Shown in pieces: positions 25,407-35,814 of a stretch of DNA of 36,131 nucleotides. Position 1 is the stretch's first letter, and each line of letters begins with the position of its first letter. The DNA comes from an uncultured Solirubrobacterales bacterium. Lineage in GTDB: Bacteria > Actinomycetota > Thermoleophilia > Solirubrobacterales > Thermoleophilaceae. The notes beneath the pieces were generated by a model. The model was not told the origin of the DNA, made no database searches, and saw only the letters and a list, made by a program, of their open reading frames with translations. A program made the translations under genes and the position numbers. The stretch lies in NCBI GenBank assembly GCA_965653255.1, contig CBFGZN010000001.1, forward strand, positions 1 to 36,131. The letters are read 5' to 3'.

Positions 25407-26650
25407 TCCAGCTCGCGCTCGAGCTGGCCTGCTCGCGCTACGACGGTGTCGACGATGTCGTCGACGACGGCTTGGTGTCCCCCCTCGTCGCGCAACTCGT
25501 CGACGAGCTTCGGGGCGACCGCCGCCGCGCGCTTGGCGAACCCCCGCACGCGGCGCAGCGTCGCCGCGCCGCCGAGGCCCGCCTCGGCGGCGAACCGCTC
25601 GACGTGGCGGCGGCGGACATACTCGGCGCGATACTCGCCGCCGAGCTTCATCGCCATCTTCTTGCCGAGGCCGTAGACGGTTGTCGACAGCAGGTCGTAG
25701 AAGGGCGCCAGCCGCGTGCCGTCTGCGGCGTGCAGCAACGCGAAGTTCTTCCCGTGCGCGTCGTGATTGCCGATCAGGAAGTTGAAGCTGGCGGCATCGA
25801 CCATGCGCAGCGTGTCGAGCGCCGGGACTGCGCCAGCCACGCCGAGCAACCGGAAGCAGTCGGCAAGCTTCGGGCCGCCCTCGTTCTCGTACTTCAGCTC
25901 GGGCGGCACGCTCAACGCCTGACAGAAGTCCTCCTGATGAACTCGCGTTACGCGACCGCCATCGTCGGTGCGGCGGTCGTAGCGCTCGACCAGGAGGAAC
26001 TCGCGGCCGGCGACCCGCTCCACGGTGGCGCTGGCAGCGCCGATCCCCAACTCGCCGGCGAGGCGCAGGCAGAAGGCCTCGTTGGCGACCGAGTCGGCGA
26101 GCCCGTCGATCGGCGTCTTGATGATGTGGGTGCTCGGGGCGGAGCCCAGCGGCTGACCGATCCGGCCCTCCTCCGCGACGACGACCAGCTTGTCCTGCGC
26201 GCCGGCGAGCGAGATGCGGACGTCGCCGTCGGGATCGGCCATCAGCGGGCGCCGCGGAACCTCGTCGATCGCCGCGGCGAGGGTAGCGTCGTCAAGCCAC
26301 TCGACGGCCCGCTCGCGCTCCGCCGGTCGGAGATATTCGCCGGGCGGGACCAGCGAGATCGCGCCGGCGCAGTCGCCGCCGAGCGCCGACAGCAGGCCGA
26401 AGTCGTTGCGCTCGCTGACGTCGCGTAGCCGCGCGGCCGCGCGGCGGACCTTGCCCTCCGGGAGCAGGTTGGCGAAGAAGCTCTCGGTCACCGCATCGTC
26501 GAAGGGCTCGTCGCGTACCGGCAGCGCACGCGACAGCGGCGGCCCGGGGGCGGTCACGTAATCAGGCGCGTAGACGAAGCTCAGCCGGCCACGGTCCTGC
26601 TCCAGCGTGCCGGCGCGGCGGTCGAGCAGCCAGACGTCAAGCGTCTCCAT
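25403..26650 (-). CDS. hipA: HipA-family serine/threonine kinase toxin
   Basis: N-terminus LDVWLLDRRAGTL..GRLSFVY. ISLAGAQDKL and catalytic IGNHDAHGKNFALL motifs. Internal ATG at 26650 chosen. Confidence 0.85.
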   Translation of the reverse strand: METLDVWLLDRRAGTLEQDRGRLSFVYAPDYVTAPGPPLSRALPVRDEPFDDAVTESFFANLLPEGKVRRAAARLRDVSERNDFGLLSALGGDCAGAISLVPPGEYLRPAERERAVEWLDDATLAAAIDEVPRRPLMADPDGDVRISLAGAQDKLVVVAEEGRIGQPLGSAPSTHIIKTPIDGLADSVANEAFCLRLAGELGIGAASATVERVAGREFLLVERYDRRTDDGGRVTRVHQEDFCQALSVPPELKYENEGGPKLADCFRLLGVAGAVPALDTLRMVDAASFNFLIGNHDAHGKNFALLHAADGTRLAPFYDLLSTTVYGLGKKMAMKLGGEYRAEYVRRRHVERFAAEAGLGGAATLRRVRGFAKRAAAVAPKLVDELRDEGGHQAVVDDIVDTVVARAGQLERELD

Positions 26651-26897
26651 CGGGCTCCGCCGGACCGGTCGCCACGACGCTGATCCCCAATGCGCGCATG
26701 GCGGCGAGCGTGGGCGCAAGCCGCAGATTCGGCTTGCCCCTCTCGAGATCGACGATGAACCGCCGGCCCGTACCGCTGGCCAGCGCGAGATCCTCCTGCC
26801 GCAACCCGCGCGCGAGTCGCGCGGACCGAACCGCGCGACCGACGTCCTCGGGGCTGTCGAGAGGGGTGGACCGTGTGATGTACCCGCTCGGGAACAT
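26637..26897 (-). CDS. hipB: XRE-family HTH antitoxin (HipB-like)
   Basis: VRSARLARGLRQEDLALASGTGRRFIVDLERGK HTH. Overlaps the hipA start by 14 bp. The start is uncertain. Confidence 0.7.
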   Translation of the reverse strand: MFPSGYITRSTPLDSPEDVGRAVRSARLARGLRQEDLALASGTGRRFIVDLERGKPNLRLAPTLAAMRALGISVVATGPAEPDGDA

Positions 26898-26994
26898 CTG
26901 GCAACTGTAGCACTTCGGCGCGGGAAATGTTACCGCTCGGGAACTTCCAGGTCCGATGCCACCACAAGAGGCTCCCGTGTTACCGCTCGGGAAC
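26880..26994. promoter_or_regulatory. three 16-bp operator-like imperfect palindromes GT(T/A)CC(G/C)CTCGGGAAC
   Basis: Copies at 26880-26895, 26929-26944 and 26979-26994, spaced 49-50 bp. Internal dyad GTTnCCGnnCGGnAAC. They lie upstream of and over the hipB start. Confidence 0.6.
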
Positions 26995-27034
26995 ACCGCG
27001 CCGGCCGGCGGCGAACCACGCATATACTCGCCCG

Positions 27035-28478
27035 GTGCCTGACTCGGGGGAGTTGGAGGGGCAAGCGACGCAGCTGCTGCAGCGGCTGATCCGGTTCGAC
27101 ACGGTCAATCCGCCGGGGGCCGAGGAGGAGTGCCAGCAGTACCTGCGCGGGCTGCTCGAGGGCGCCGGATTCGAGGTCGAGCTGCTGGCCGCCGTCCCGG
27201 GCCGGCCGAACCTCGTAGCGCGACTGCGGGCGCCCACTGGAGCCGACGGGCCGACGCTGTGCCTGCTCGGCCACGTCGACACCGTGCTGGCCAACCCGGC
27301 CGAGTGGGAGGTCGACCCCTGGTCGGGCGAGCTGCGCGACGGTTGCGTCTGGGGGCGCGGAGCGCTCGACATGAAGAGCCAGGTTGCTGCGGAGGTGGCG
27401 GCGGCGTGCGCGCTCGCCGAGACGGGTTGGCGGCCGGAGGCTGGCGAGCTGAAGCTCGTGATCACCGCCGACGAGGAGACGGGCGCGACCTACGGAGCGC
27501 AGTGGCTCTGCTCCGAGCATCCCGACAAGGTGCGCGCCGACCTGATCGTCAACGAGGGCGCGGGCGCGTCGTTCGAGTACGGCGGCCGGCGCATCTACCC
27601 GGTCTGCGTCGCCGAGAAGGGCGTCTTCCGCTTCGCGCTGACCACCCACGGCCGCGCGGGCCACGCTTCGCTGCCGCGGATCGGCGACAACGCGCTGACC
27701 AAGCTCGGGCCGATCCTCGCGGCGCTCGCCGACGGCGGCGTCGCGCCAGAGCGTTCGCCTGAGCCCGACGCCCTCCTGACGGCACTCGGCCTCGCACCGG
27801 ATGACGTCGCCGCCGAGCTGGGCCTCGCGCCGGACGACCCGACCGCGCTCGCCGCCGCGCTCCAGCGCGTCGAGGCGACGGACTCGCGGATCGCGGTGAT
27901 GCTCGAGCCGCTGCTCGGCGTCACCTTCGCCCCAACGATGGCGGCGGCCTCCGAGAAGATCAACGTGATCCCCTCGGAGGCGACAGTACGCGTCGACTGC
28001 CGCGTCCCGCCGGGCCTCGGCGAGGACCACGTCCGGGCCCGACTCGCCGACGCCCTCCCGCCGGGCGACCGCACGATCGAGTTCGCCGAGACCGTCGTCG
28101 GCAACCGCTCGCCGATCGACACGCCGCTGATGGAGGCGATCCGCTCGTTCGTCGCGGAGGAGGACCCCGGAGCGACGATCGCCGCCACCGCGCTCGCCGG
28201 CTTCAGCGACTCGCACTGGTTCCGCGCCGCCTTCCCCGACTGCGTCGCGTACGGCTTCTTCCCGCAGCGCAAGATGGACCTCTTCGAGGCGATGCCGCTC
28301 GTCCACGGCGCCAACGAGCGGATCCCGGTCGAGGACCTCGCCCTGGCGGCGCGCTTCTACGGCCGGCTGGTCGAGCGGCCCAGCGTGCGCCGGACCGGGC
28401 ATGTCGAGCGCCTCAACCGGGCGCTGAACCGGCTCGGCCCGCTTCTACGGCCGGCTGGTCGAGCAGACCCTGGGCTAA
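27035..28478 (+). CDS. M20/M25/M40 family metallopeptidase with an apparent frameshift in its 3' end
   Basis: LLGHVDTV, GRGALDMK, ITADEETG and HGANERI motifs. GTG start at 27035. As written, the frame runs on to 29104 across ftsH. The typical C-terminus FYGRLVEQTLG-stop is encoded at 28443-28478 in another frame (see finding). Confidence 0.7.
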
Positions 28479-28514
28479 TGCCGGCGGCCTCGGTCGCCGA
28501 CAGGGATAGGACCT

Positions 28515-30006
<1,492 letters not shown>

Positions 30007-30017
<11 letters not shown>

Positions 30018-30417
30018 GATCGACCACATCGGAATCGCCGTCGAGGACATCGACGGGTCGCTGGCGCTGTACCGCGACAAGCTCGGGATGCGCGAGGAGC
30101 ATCGCGAGACGATCGAGGAGCAGGGCGTCGAGGCGATGCTGCTGGAGATCGGCAACGCGCACATCGAGCTGATCGCGCCGATCGATCCCGAGGGCGGCGT
30201 CGCGCGCTTCCTGGAGAAGCGGGGCCCCGGGATCCATCACGTCGCCTACCGGACCCAGGACATCGACGGCGACATCAAGCGGCTGGTGGCCGCCGGCATG
30301 CGGATGATCGGCGACGAGGCACACCCCGGCATCCGGGGCTCGCGCGCGATCTTCGTCCACCCCAAGTCGACCGGCGGCGTGCTCACCGAGCTCGTCCAAC
30401 CAGCGGAGGATCGTTAG
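30007..30417 (+). CDS. mce: methylmalonyl-CoA epimerase (VOC/glyoxalase fold)
   Basis: IDHIGIAV..LGM....E....GV......G...IELI.P......V.RFLEKRGPGIHHVAY pattern. GTG at 30007 overlaps the ftsH stop by 11 bp. Confidence 0.8.
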
Positions 30418-30419
30418 TC

Positions 30420-30638
30420 ATGGCGCAGAGCGCTCGTACCGACATCGGCTTTCAAGGCGGCCAAGTGCTGTCGTTACGGACAGCTGACGAGGCCTTCAAG
30501 AAGCTGATGGACGCGCTCGCCGACGACGGTGCCGCCCGCTGGCATGCAGTCGAACTCGACGACGAGCTGCTGCAGCTCGATCTCTCCCAGATCGTCTATG
30601 TCCGTCGCGAGACGGGCAACCGCGCCGTCGGGTTCTAG
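30420..30638 (+). CDS. small conserved protein, DUF3107-like
   Basis: 72 aa ending ...IVYVRRETGNRAVGF. The length and C-terminal VGF pattern recall actinobacterial DUF3107. Assignment is from memory only. Confidence 0.45.
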   Translation: MAQSARTDIGFQGGQVLSLRTADEAFKKLMDALADDGAARWHAVELDDELLQLDLSQIVYVRRETGNRAVGF

Positions 30639-30649
30639 CCCGACCCCGG

Positions 30650-30778
30650 CCTACTGGCGATTGAACAGGGCTCCTACTGCCGATTGACCGGGATGCCTAG
30701 TCCCGATTGGCCGGGGGTCCTACTCCCGATTGGCAAAGGGGTCTGTTCCCGATCCGCAGGGGGTCCTACTCCCGATTA
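30650..30778. repeat. six tandem copies of a 23-bp unit (consensus GGGGTCCTACTCCCGATTGGCnn)
   Basis: Core CCTACTnnCGATTG begins at 30650, 30673, 30696, 30719, 30742 (degenerate) and 30765, an exact 23-bp phase. It fills the spacer upstream of the ATPase gene. Confidence 0.85.
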
Positions 30779-30796
30779 GCAGATTTTTGATAGCGT

Positions 30797-32062
30797 ATGA
30801 GCATGGCGCTCATACCCCGGAACATCGAGACCGAGGTCCGCGACGTGCTCGCGGTCAGCCGCGCGGGCGCCATCTTGGGGCCACGGCAAGTGGGAAAGAG
30901 CACCCTCGCGCAAGCGCTCATACGCGACGGTCTCCTGAACGGCTACTGCAATCTCGACGATGAGGGGCTCCTGTCGTTAGCGCAGTCGGATCCGAATGGC
31001 CTGATCGCCGACCTCGATATGCCGGCGGTCATCGACGAGATACAACGGGCTCCCGGTCTGCTTCTGGCTATCAAGATGGTCGTCGACAGCTCGGATCTGC
31101 GCGGGCAGTTCCTCATCACGGGGTCAGCCAACCTGCTCACCTCCCGCGTCGTCGCCGATGCCCTTCCAGGACGAGTCGAGTACGTAAACCTCTGGCCGTT
31201 GTCGCAGGGAGAGATCGAGGGTGTCCGAGACGACTTCATCGACCGGCTGCTTGCAGGCGAGCCTCCGCGCCTCCGGGATGAGCGGATTGGGCGGAAGCCG
31301 CACGCCGAGCGCGTGGTGCGTGGCGGATTTCCGGACGCCTACAGGCGGTCCTACCCGAATCGAGCGCGCTACTTCGAGTCCTATGTCCAGGCAATTCTGG
31401 GGCGCGACCTCCCGTCCATCACCGATGTGCGGGTGGAGCCGGACAAGCTGAATCAGTTGCTGCACTTGCTCGCCGCCCGGTCTGGAAACTTGGCTTCCTT
31501 CGCCGGGATCGCCACGCGGTTGGAGCTGGATTCCAAGACGGTGAGGGCTTATACGGCACTACTCGAGGAGCTGTTCGTCGTCTACCGCCTGCGCCCGTGG
31601 TCGAGGAACCTGGGTTCGCGTCACGTCAAGACGCCCAAGCTGTTCCTTACCGACACCGGGATGATGTCCGCCTTGACTTCCGCCGACGCCACGCGGTATG
31701 CAGCCATAGATCAGGGCGAGCTGGCCGGCATGCTGCTCGAGACCTTCGTCGTGATGGAGCTGGTCAAACAGCGCACCTGGTCCAAGGCGAGAGCCGACCT
31801 GTATTTCTACCGGGACGCCCAGCTGCGCGAGGTCGATGTGGTGATCGAGACGCCGGCAGGCGAAGTGGCTGGCGTTGAGGTCAAGGCGGCGGCCTCGCTG
31901 GGACGGGCGGACACGCGTGGATTGCGCTTCCTGCGCGACAAGCTGGGCGAGCGGTTCAAGGCTGGTGTAGTGCTCTACAACGGTGCTAGGACGCTGCGAA
32001 TGGGCGAGCGAATTTGGGCGGTGCCGTTGCGGGGGTTGTGGGCTGGCGGGGAGGGCGCGTGA
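30797..32062 (+). CDS. AAA+ ATPase with C-terminal DUF4143 domain (COG1373-like)
   Basis: Walker A GPRQVGKST, Walker B-like VIDEIQ, and a C-terminal EVDVVIE..GVEVKA restriction-endonuclease-like segment typical of this family. Confidence 0.75.
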   Translation: MSMALIPRNIETEVRDVLAVSRAGAILGPRQVGKSTLAQALIRDGLLNGYCNLDDEGLLSLAQSDPNGLIADLDMPAVIDEIQRAPGLLLAIKMVVDSSDLRGQFLITGSANLLTSRVVADALPGRVEYVNLWPLSQGEIEGVRDDFIDRLLAGEPPRLRDERIGRKPHAERVVRGGFPDAYRRSYPNRARYFESYVQAILGRDLPSITDVRVEPDKLNQLLHLLAARSGNLASFAGIATRLELDSKTVRAYTALLEELFVVYRLRPWSRNLGSRHVKTPKLFLTDTGMMSALTSADATRYAAIDQGELAGMLLETFVVMELVKQRTWSKARADLYFYRDAQLREVDVVIETPAGEVAGVEVKAAASLGRADTRGLRFLRDKLGERFKAGVVLYNGARTLRMGERIWAVPLRGLWAGGEGA

Positions 32063-32562
32063 GAGGAGCGCGCCGGCTCGACCTGGCGGTGCTGCGGCTG
32101 CTGCGCACGCGTGGGCACAGGCCGCGGACCGAGCGGGCGGTGCTGGCGTTCACGCGGGCGGGTGAGCATGGGCTGCTGTGGCAGGGGTTGTGCCTGGTGG
32201 GGGCGGTGGTCGACGAGCCGCGCCGGCCGCTCTACCTGCGCACGATGCGCACCGTGATGCTCGCCTACCTCGCGAACATCGGTCTGAAGTACGTCGTGCG
32301 GCGGCGGCGGCCGGAGCTGGAAGGGCTACCGCCGCTGTCGTCGACGGTCACGTCGCTGTCCTTCCCCTCCGCGCATTCGACGACGTCGTTCGCCGCGGCG
32401 CGGGCGATGACCGGCGAGGGCGGACTGTCGGCCGCGCCGGTGCACGCAATCGCGGTCGCCATGGCGGCCTCGCGCGTCTACGCCGGCGTCCACTACCCCA
32501 CCGATGTCCTCGCCGGCGCCGCGTACGGAACCGCGCTCGCCGAGCTGCTCGACGGCCGGTAG
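32059..32562 (+). CDS. PAP2 family phosphatase
   Basis: KYVVRRRRP (Kx6RP), PSAH and SRVYAGVHYPTD motifs. The GTG start overlaps the ATPase stop (GTGA). Confidence 0.8.
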   Translation: MRGARRLDLAVLRLLRTRGHRPRTERAVLAFTRAGEHGLLWQGLCLVGAVVDEPRRPLYLRTMRTVMLAYLANIGLKYVVRRRRPELEGLPPLSSTVTSLSFPSAHSTTSFAAARAMTGEGGLSAAPVHAIAVAMAASRVYAGVHYPTDVLAGAAYGTALAELLDGR

Positions 32563-32598
32563 GGTCGTCGGCCGCATGAGCGCTGAGGAGCACAGGCC

Positions 32599-33702
32599 GT
32601 GAAGGTCGGGATCGTGGGGTTGCCGAACGCCGGCAAGTCGTCGCTGTTCAACGCGCTGACGCAGGCGGGCGCCGAGGCGGCGAACTATCCGTTTACGACG
32701 GTCGAGCCGAACGTGGCCGTCGTGCCGGTGCCTGACGAGCGGCTCGACGCCGTGATCGACACGGTCAAGGCGACGCCGACCGTCTACGAGACGATCGAGT
32801 TCCATGACATCGCGGGGCTGGTGCGCGGCGCGCACAAGGGCGAGGGGCTCGGCAACAAGTTCCTGGCGAACATCCGCGAGACCGACGCGCTGGTCCACGT
32901 CGTGCGCGCGCACGGCGACGACCAGGTGATCCACCCCGAGGGCCGCGTCGACCCGCTCGCCGACGTCGAGACGATCGAGACCGAGCTGCTGTTCGCCGAC
33001 CTCGAGCAGGCCGAGCGGCGGCTCGACAAGGTCGCCAAGGAGGCGAAGAGCGGCGAACGCGAGAAGGTCGCCGAGAGGCAGTGGGTCGAGGCGCTGATCG
33101 CCGCGCTGCAGGAGGGCCGTCCCGCGCGCACCGTGCCGGTCCCCGAGGACGCGCCCGACGCACTGCGCAACCTCAGCCCGCTGACCGCGAAGCCGGTGCT
33201 CTACCTCGCGAACGTCGACGAGGACGCGGCTGAGACCGGACCGGACGGGGCGCTTGCGCCGCCGCCGGGGCTGGTCGCCCACGCCGAGGGACTCGGTGCC
33301 CGCGCGGCCGCGGTGTCGGCACGGCTCGAGTCCGAGCTCGGCGAGCTCGACGACGAGGAGGCGGCCGCGATGCGCGCCGACCTGGGGATCGCGGAGTCCG
33401 GCCTCGCGACCGTCGTCCGCGAGGCGTGGAAGCTGCTCGGCCTGATCTCGTTCTTCACCGCCGGCGAAGGCAAGGAGGGCCGCGCCTGGGCGATCGAGCA
33501 GGGAACCTCCGCGCGCCGCGCCGCCGGCAAGATCCACACCGACATCGAGCAGGGATTCGTGGCGGCCGAGGTGATCGGCTGGCGCGACCTGGTCGATCTC
33601 GGCGGCTATGCGGCCGCGCGCGACCAGGGCAAGCTGCGCGTCGAGGGCCGCGACTACGCCGTCCAGGACGGCGACGTGATGACGGTGCGGTTCACTCCCT
33701 AG
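32599..33702 (+). CDS. ychF: redox-regulated ribosome-binding ATPase YchF
   Basis: [21 protein letters not shown] and a C-terminal TGS-like [24 protein letters not shown] lies 8 nt upstream of the GTG. Confidence 0.95.
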   Translation: MKVGIVGLPNAGKSSLFNALTQAGAEAANYPFTTVEPNVAVVPVPDERLDAVIDTVKATPTVYETIEFHDIAGLVRGAHKGEGLGNKFLANIRETDALVHVVRAHGDDQVIHPEGRVDPLADVETIETELLFADLEQAERRLDKVAKEAKSGEREKVAERQWVEALIAALQEGRPARTVPVPEDAPDALRNLSPLTAKPVLYLANVDEDAAETGPDGALAPPPGLVAHAEGLGARAAAVSARLESELGELDDEEAAAMRADLGIAESGLATVVREAWKLLGLISFFTAGEGKEGRAWAIEQGTSARRAAGKIHTDIEQGFVAAEVIGWRDLVDLGGYAAARDQGKLRVEGRDYAVQDGDVMTVRFTP

Positions 33703-33746
33703 CTGCCGCACCCCCGGCCACGGCCCAGCCGCTACGGTTCGCGGCC

Positions 33747-34226
33747 ATGCGCTCTCCTCGATCGACCCTCCAGCTCCGCGCCGTCGCCCTCGTCGCCACG
33801 GCCGCTCTCGCTCTCGGCGCCGCCGCTTGCGGCGGCTCGGACGGCGACAGCTCCAGCAGCGGCGGCAGCGACCAGGAGCAGGCGCGCGCGACGGTCGAGA
33901 ACCTCTATGCCGCGATCAAGGACGGCGACGCGGGCAAGGTCTGCGACCAGCTCAACGAGGATGCCCAGGCACAGCTCGCGGCCGGTGGCCTCGGCGCCAA
34001 GAGCAAGTCGTGCGACGAGGCGTTCCAGAAGTTCCTCGACGAGGCCGATAAGGCGGGCGGCCTGAACCTGACGCTCAAGGCCAAGGTCGAGAGCGTCAAG
34101 GTGACCGGCGACAAGGCCGTCGCGAAGGTCAGCTTCGGCAGCAAGGGCCGCACCGGCGAGATCCCACTCGAGAAGGTCGACGGTGAGTGGAAATTGCAAG
34201 CCGCTGGCGCGTCACCGAGTAACTGA
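33747..34226 (+). CDS. lipoprotein, function unknown
   Basis: Signal peptide with lipobox LGAAAC, a Ser/Gly linker, and a ~110-aa domain ending KVDGEWKL. Confidence 0.6.
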   Translation: MRSPRSTLQLRAVALVATAALALGAAACGGSDGDSSSSGGSDQEQARATVENLYAAIKDGDAGKVCDQLNEDAQAQLAAGGLGAKSKSCDEAFQKFLDEADKAGGLNLTLKAKVESVKVTGDKAVAKVSFGSKGRTGEIPLEKVDGEWKLQAAGASPSN

Positions 34227-34282
34227 CATATAATCCTCCGCTCAGGGGGCTCCGGTGTCCACTAAGGGGCGGGGGGAACGCC

Positions 34283-34522
34283 ATGAGCAAGAGCACTGCC
34301 GCGCGCTTCGCGGACAATCTCAAACGGGCGAGGGCTAGAAGCGGGCTTTCGCAGACACAGCTCGCAAACGCAGCTGGGATCAGCCATTCGGAGATCTATC
34401 GGCTCGAGGCGGGCACGCGCGAGCCGCGGCTCGGAACGCTGCTGAACCTCGGGAGCGCGCTGGGAATAGAGGGCGCGGATCTGCTCGAGGGCCTCGGCGA
34501 GCCGCGGCCCAGGACTGATTAA
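34283..34522 (+). CDS. XRE-family HTH transcriptional regulator
   Basis: LKRARARSGLSQTQLANAAGISHSEIYRLEAG HTH_3-like. TATAAT at 34229-34234 upstream. Confidence 0.75.
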   Translation: MSKSTAARFADNLKRARARSGLSQTQLANAAGISHSEIYRLEAGTREPRLGTLLNLGSALGIEGADLLEGLGEPRPRTD

Positions 34523-34588
34523 CCATAATTGGACTGACCAATTATTGGGGTTGACACACTGCCGACGAGAGTGTTACGTTCCGCATCT

Positions 34589-34627
34589 ATCTCGGTAGCG
34601 GTCTTTGGAGGGAGCCGCTACCGAGAT
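34589..34627. terminator. 13-bp perfect hairpin between convergent genes
   Basis: ATCTCGGTAGCGG-13 nt-CCGCTACCGAGAT followed by TTTC on the plus strand. The right arm contains the SpoIID-like gene stop codon. Confidence 0.45.
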
Positions 34628-35814
34628 TTCAACCATCGGCTGGAGAGCGCCGTAGCGGCACGCGCCGAGTTGACCCGCGAGAAGTAGGCCCAGGTGTCGT
34701 CCAGCCCGAGCCGCGCGCGGATCTGTGGACCGGTCAGCACGACCGAGCCGTTCGAGCCGTAGACGCGCGCCCGCACAACGCGCGGAGAGACGCCGCGCTG
34801 CAGTACCTCGATGCGCTTCAGCGTTCCCGGCGAGCCGAGTAGCGCGCCCATCCGGGCGTTGGAGAAGCGGACCGTCCAGCGGTGCTTCGGCGAGATCGAG
34901 TCGTAGGGGTCGGCGATGCTTTTCAGCCATGGCTTCGGCGGCGCGCCGATGAAGCTGTTCTCGATGTTCTCGGTGCGGCCGCCGGAGGTCGAGAAGTAGA
35001 AGGTCGTGGCGGGCTGGCCCTGGTAAGTGACGATCTGGCCGGCGGTGCGACGAACGGCGGCGTTGGTGCTCGCGGTCTCCGCGGTCACGCCCTTGTACAT
35101 CTGCGAGCGGGTGTCGGGGTACTGGTCGAAGATGTCGCCGGTCTTGCGCGTCGAGAGCGCGTAGGTGCGGGCGGTTACGGCCTGGACGCGCAGGGCGTCG
35201 GCGTCCCACGACGACGGCATCTCGCCGGGCACCACGCCCTGGACGTAGTCGTCGATCGGGACGGCGTTGATCGCCGTGACGCCACCCGAGCTGCCGGGGT
35301 AGAGCTCGAAGCTGCCGCGGTAGCGACCGCTCGTGACGCCCTGGATCGCCGGCCCGAGCAGGCGGAACGGCCTGCCGCCACGGCTGACGCTGAGCGGCGC
35401 GCGGTAGGCGCCGAGGCGCTTGCTGCCGGCGCCGTAGAGCGCGAGCCGGCGGTTGCTCGTCGGGCGGACGACGTAGGTCACGCCGGGAGAGAGCACCATC
35501 CCGCCGGGACCCTTGGTGGCGCCGCTGAAGCGGACGTAGGGATCGCTGGCCTGCAGTAGCACCCGCACCGGCCGGCTGGGAGCCTGGCCGAGCCGCGTCC
35601 CCTTGTAGTAGTGGCGCAGGATGCGCTGATAGCTCCAGCCCTCGAGCGCCATCCCGTAAGCGCCGTACTGGCTCATTCCGATCCCGTGACCGAAGCCGGC
35701 GCCGCGGACCACCTGAACGGGGGCCCCGCTGGCGGCGGGTGCAGGCGCAGCGGCCGTCATGACGGCGGTCGACGCGAGCAGGGCGGCTGTGTGGAAGGAC
35801 AAGCGGATTGGCAT
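34618..35814 (-). CDS. SpoIID/LytB domain protein (secreted)
   Basis: Signal peptide, GHGIGMSQYGAYGMA and YVQGVVPGEMP..W..EAL..QAV.ARTYAL motifs. ATG at 35814 chosen over the upstream GTG. Confidence 0.8.
   Translation of the reverse strand: MPIRLSFHTAALLASTAVMTAAAPAPAASGAPVQVVRGAGFGHGIGMSQYGAYGMALEGWSYQRILRHYYKGTRLGQAPSRPVRVLLQASDPYVRFSGATKGPGGMVLSPGVTYVVRPTSNRRLALYGAGSKRLGAYRAPLSVSRGGRPFRLLGPAIQGVTSGRYRGSFELYPGSSGGVTAINAVPIDDYVQGVVPGEMPSSWDADALRVQAVTARTYALSTRKTGDIFDQYPDTRSQMYKGVTAETASTNAAVRRTAGQIVTYQGQPATTFYFSTSGGRTENIENSFIGAPPKPWLKSIADPYDSISPKHRWTVRFSNARMGALLGSPGTLKRIEVLQRGVSPRVVRARVYGSNGSVVLTGPQIRARLGLDDTWAYFSRVNSARAATALSSRWLKSR

Noticed and set aside
30650-30778. Possible CRISPR array
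   Set aside because: The repeats are directly contiguous with a 23-bp period and no unique spacers. The units are degenerate, and no cas genes are nearby.
34525-34545. AT-rich palindrome ATAATTGG-actga-CCAATTAT just after the XRE gene stop
   Set aside because: The stem is only 8 bp of weak A/T pairs. It shows no repetition elsewhere in the window and has no clear functional context.
34551-34580. TTGACA-N18-TACGTT promoter-like sequence on the plus strand
   Set aside because: It would fire into the 3' end of the convergent SpoIID-like gene, with no downstream plus-strand ORF. It is likely a chance match in an AT-richer terminator region, though an antisense RNA cannot be excluded.
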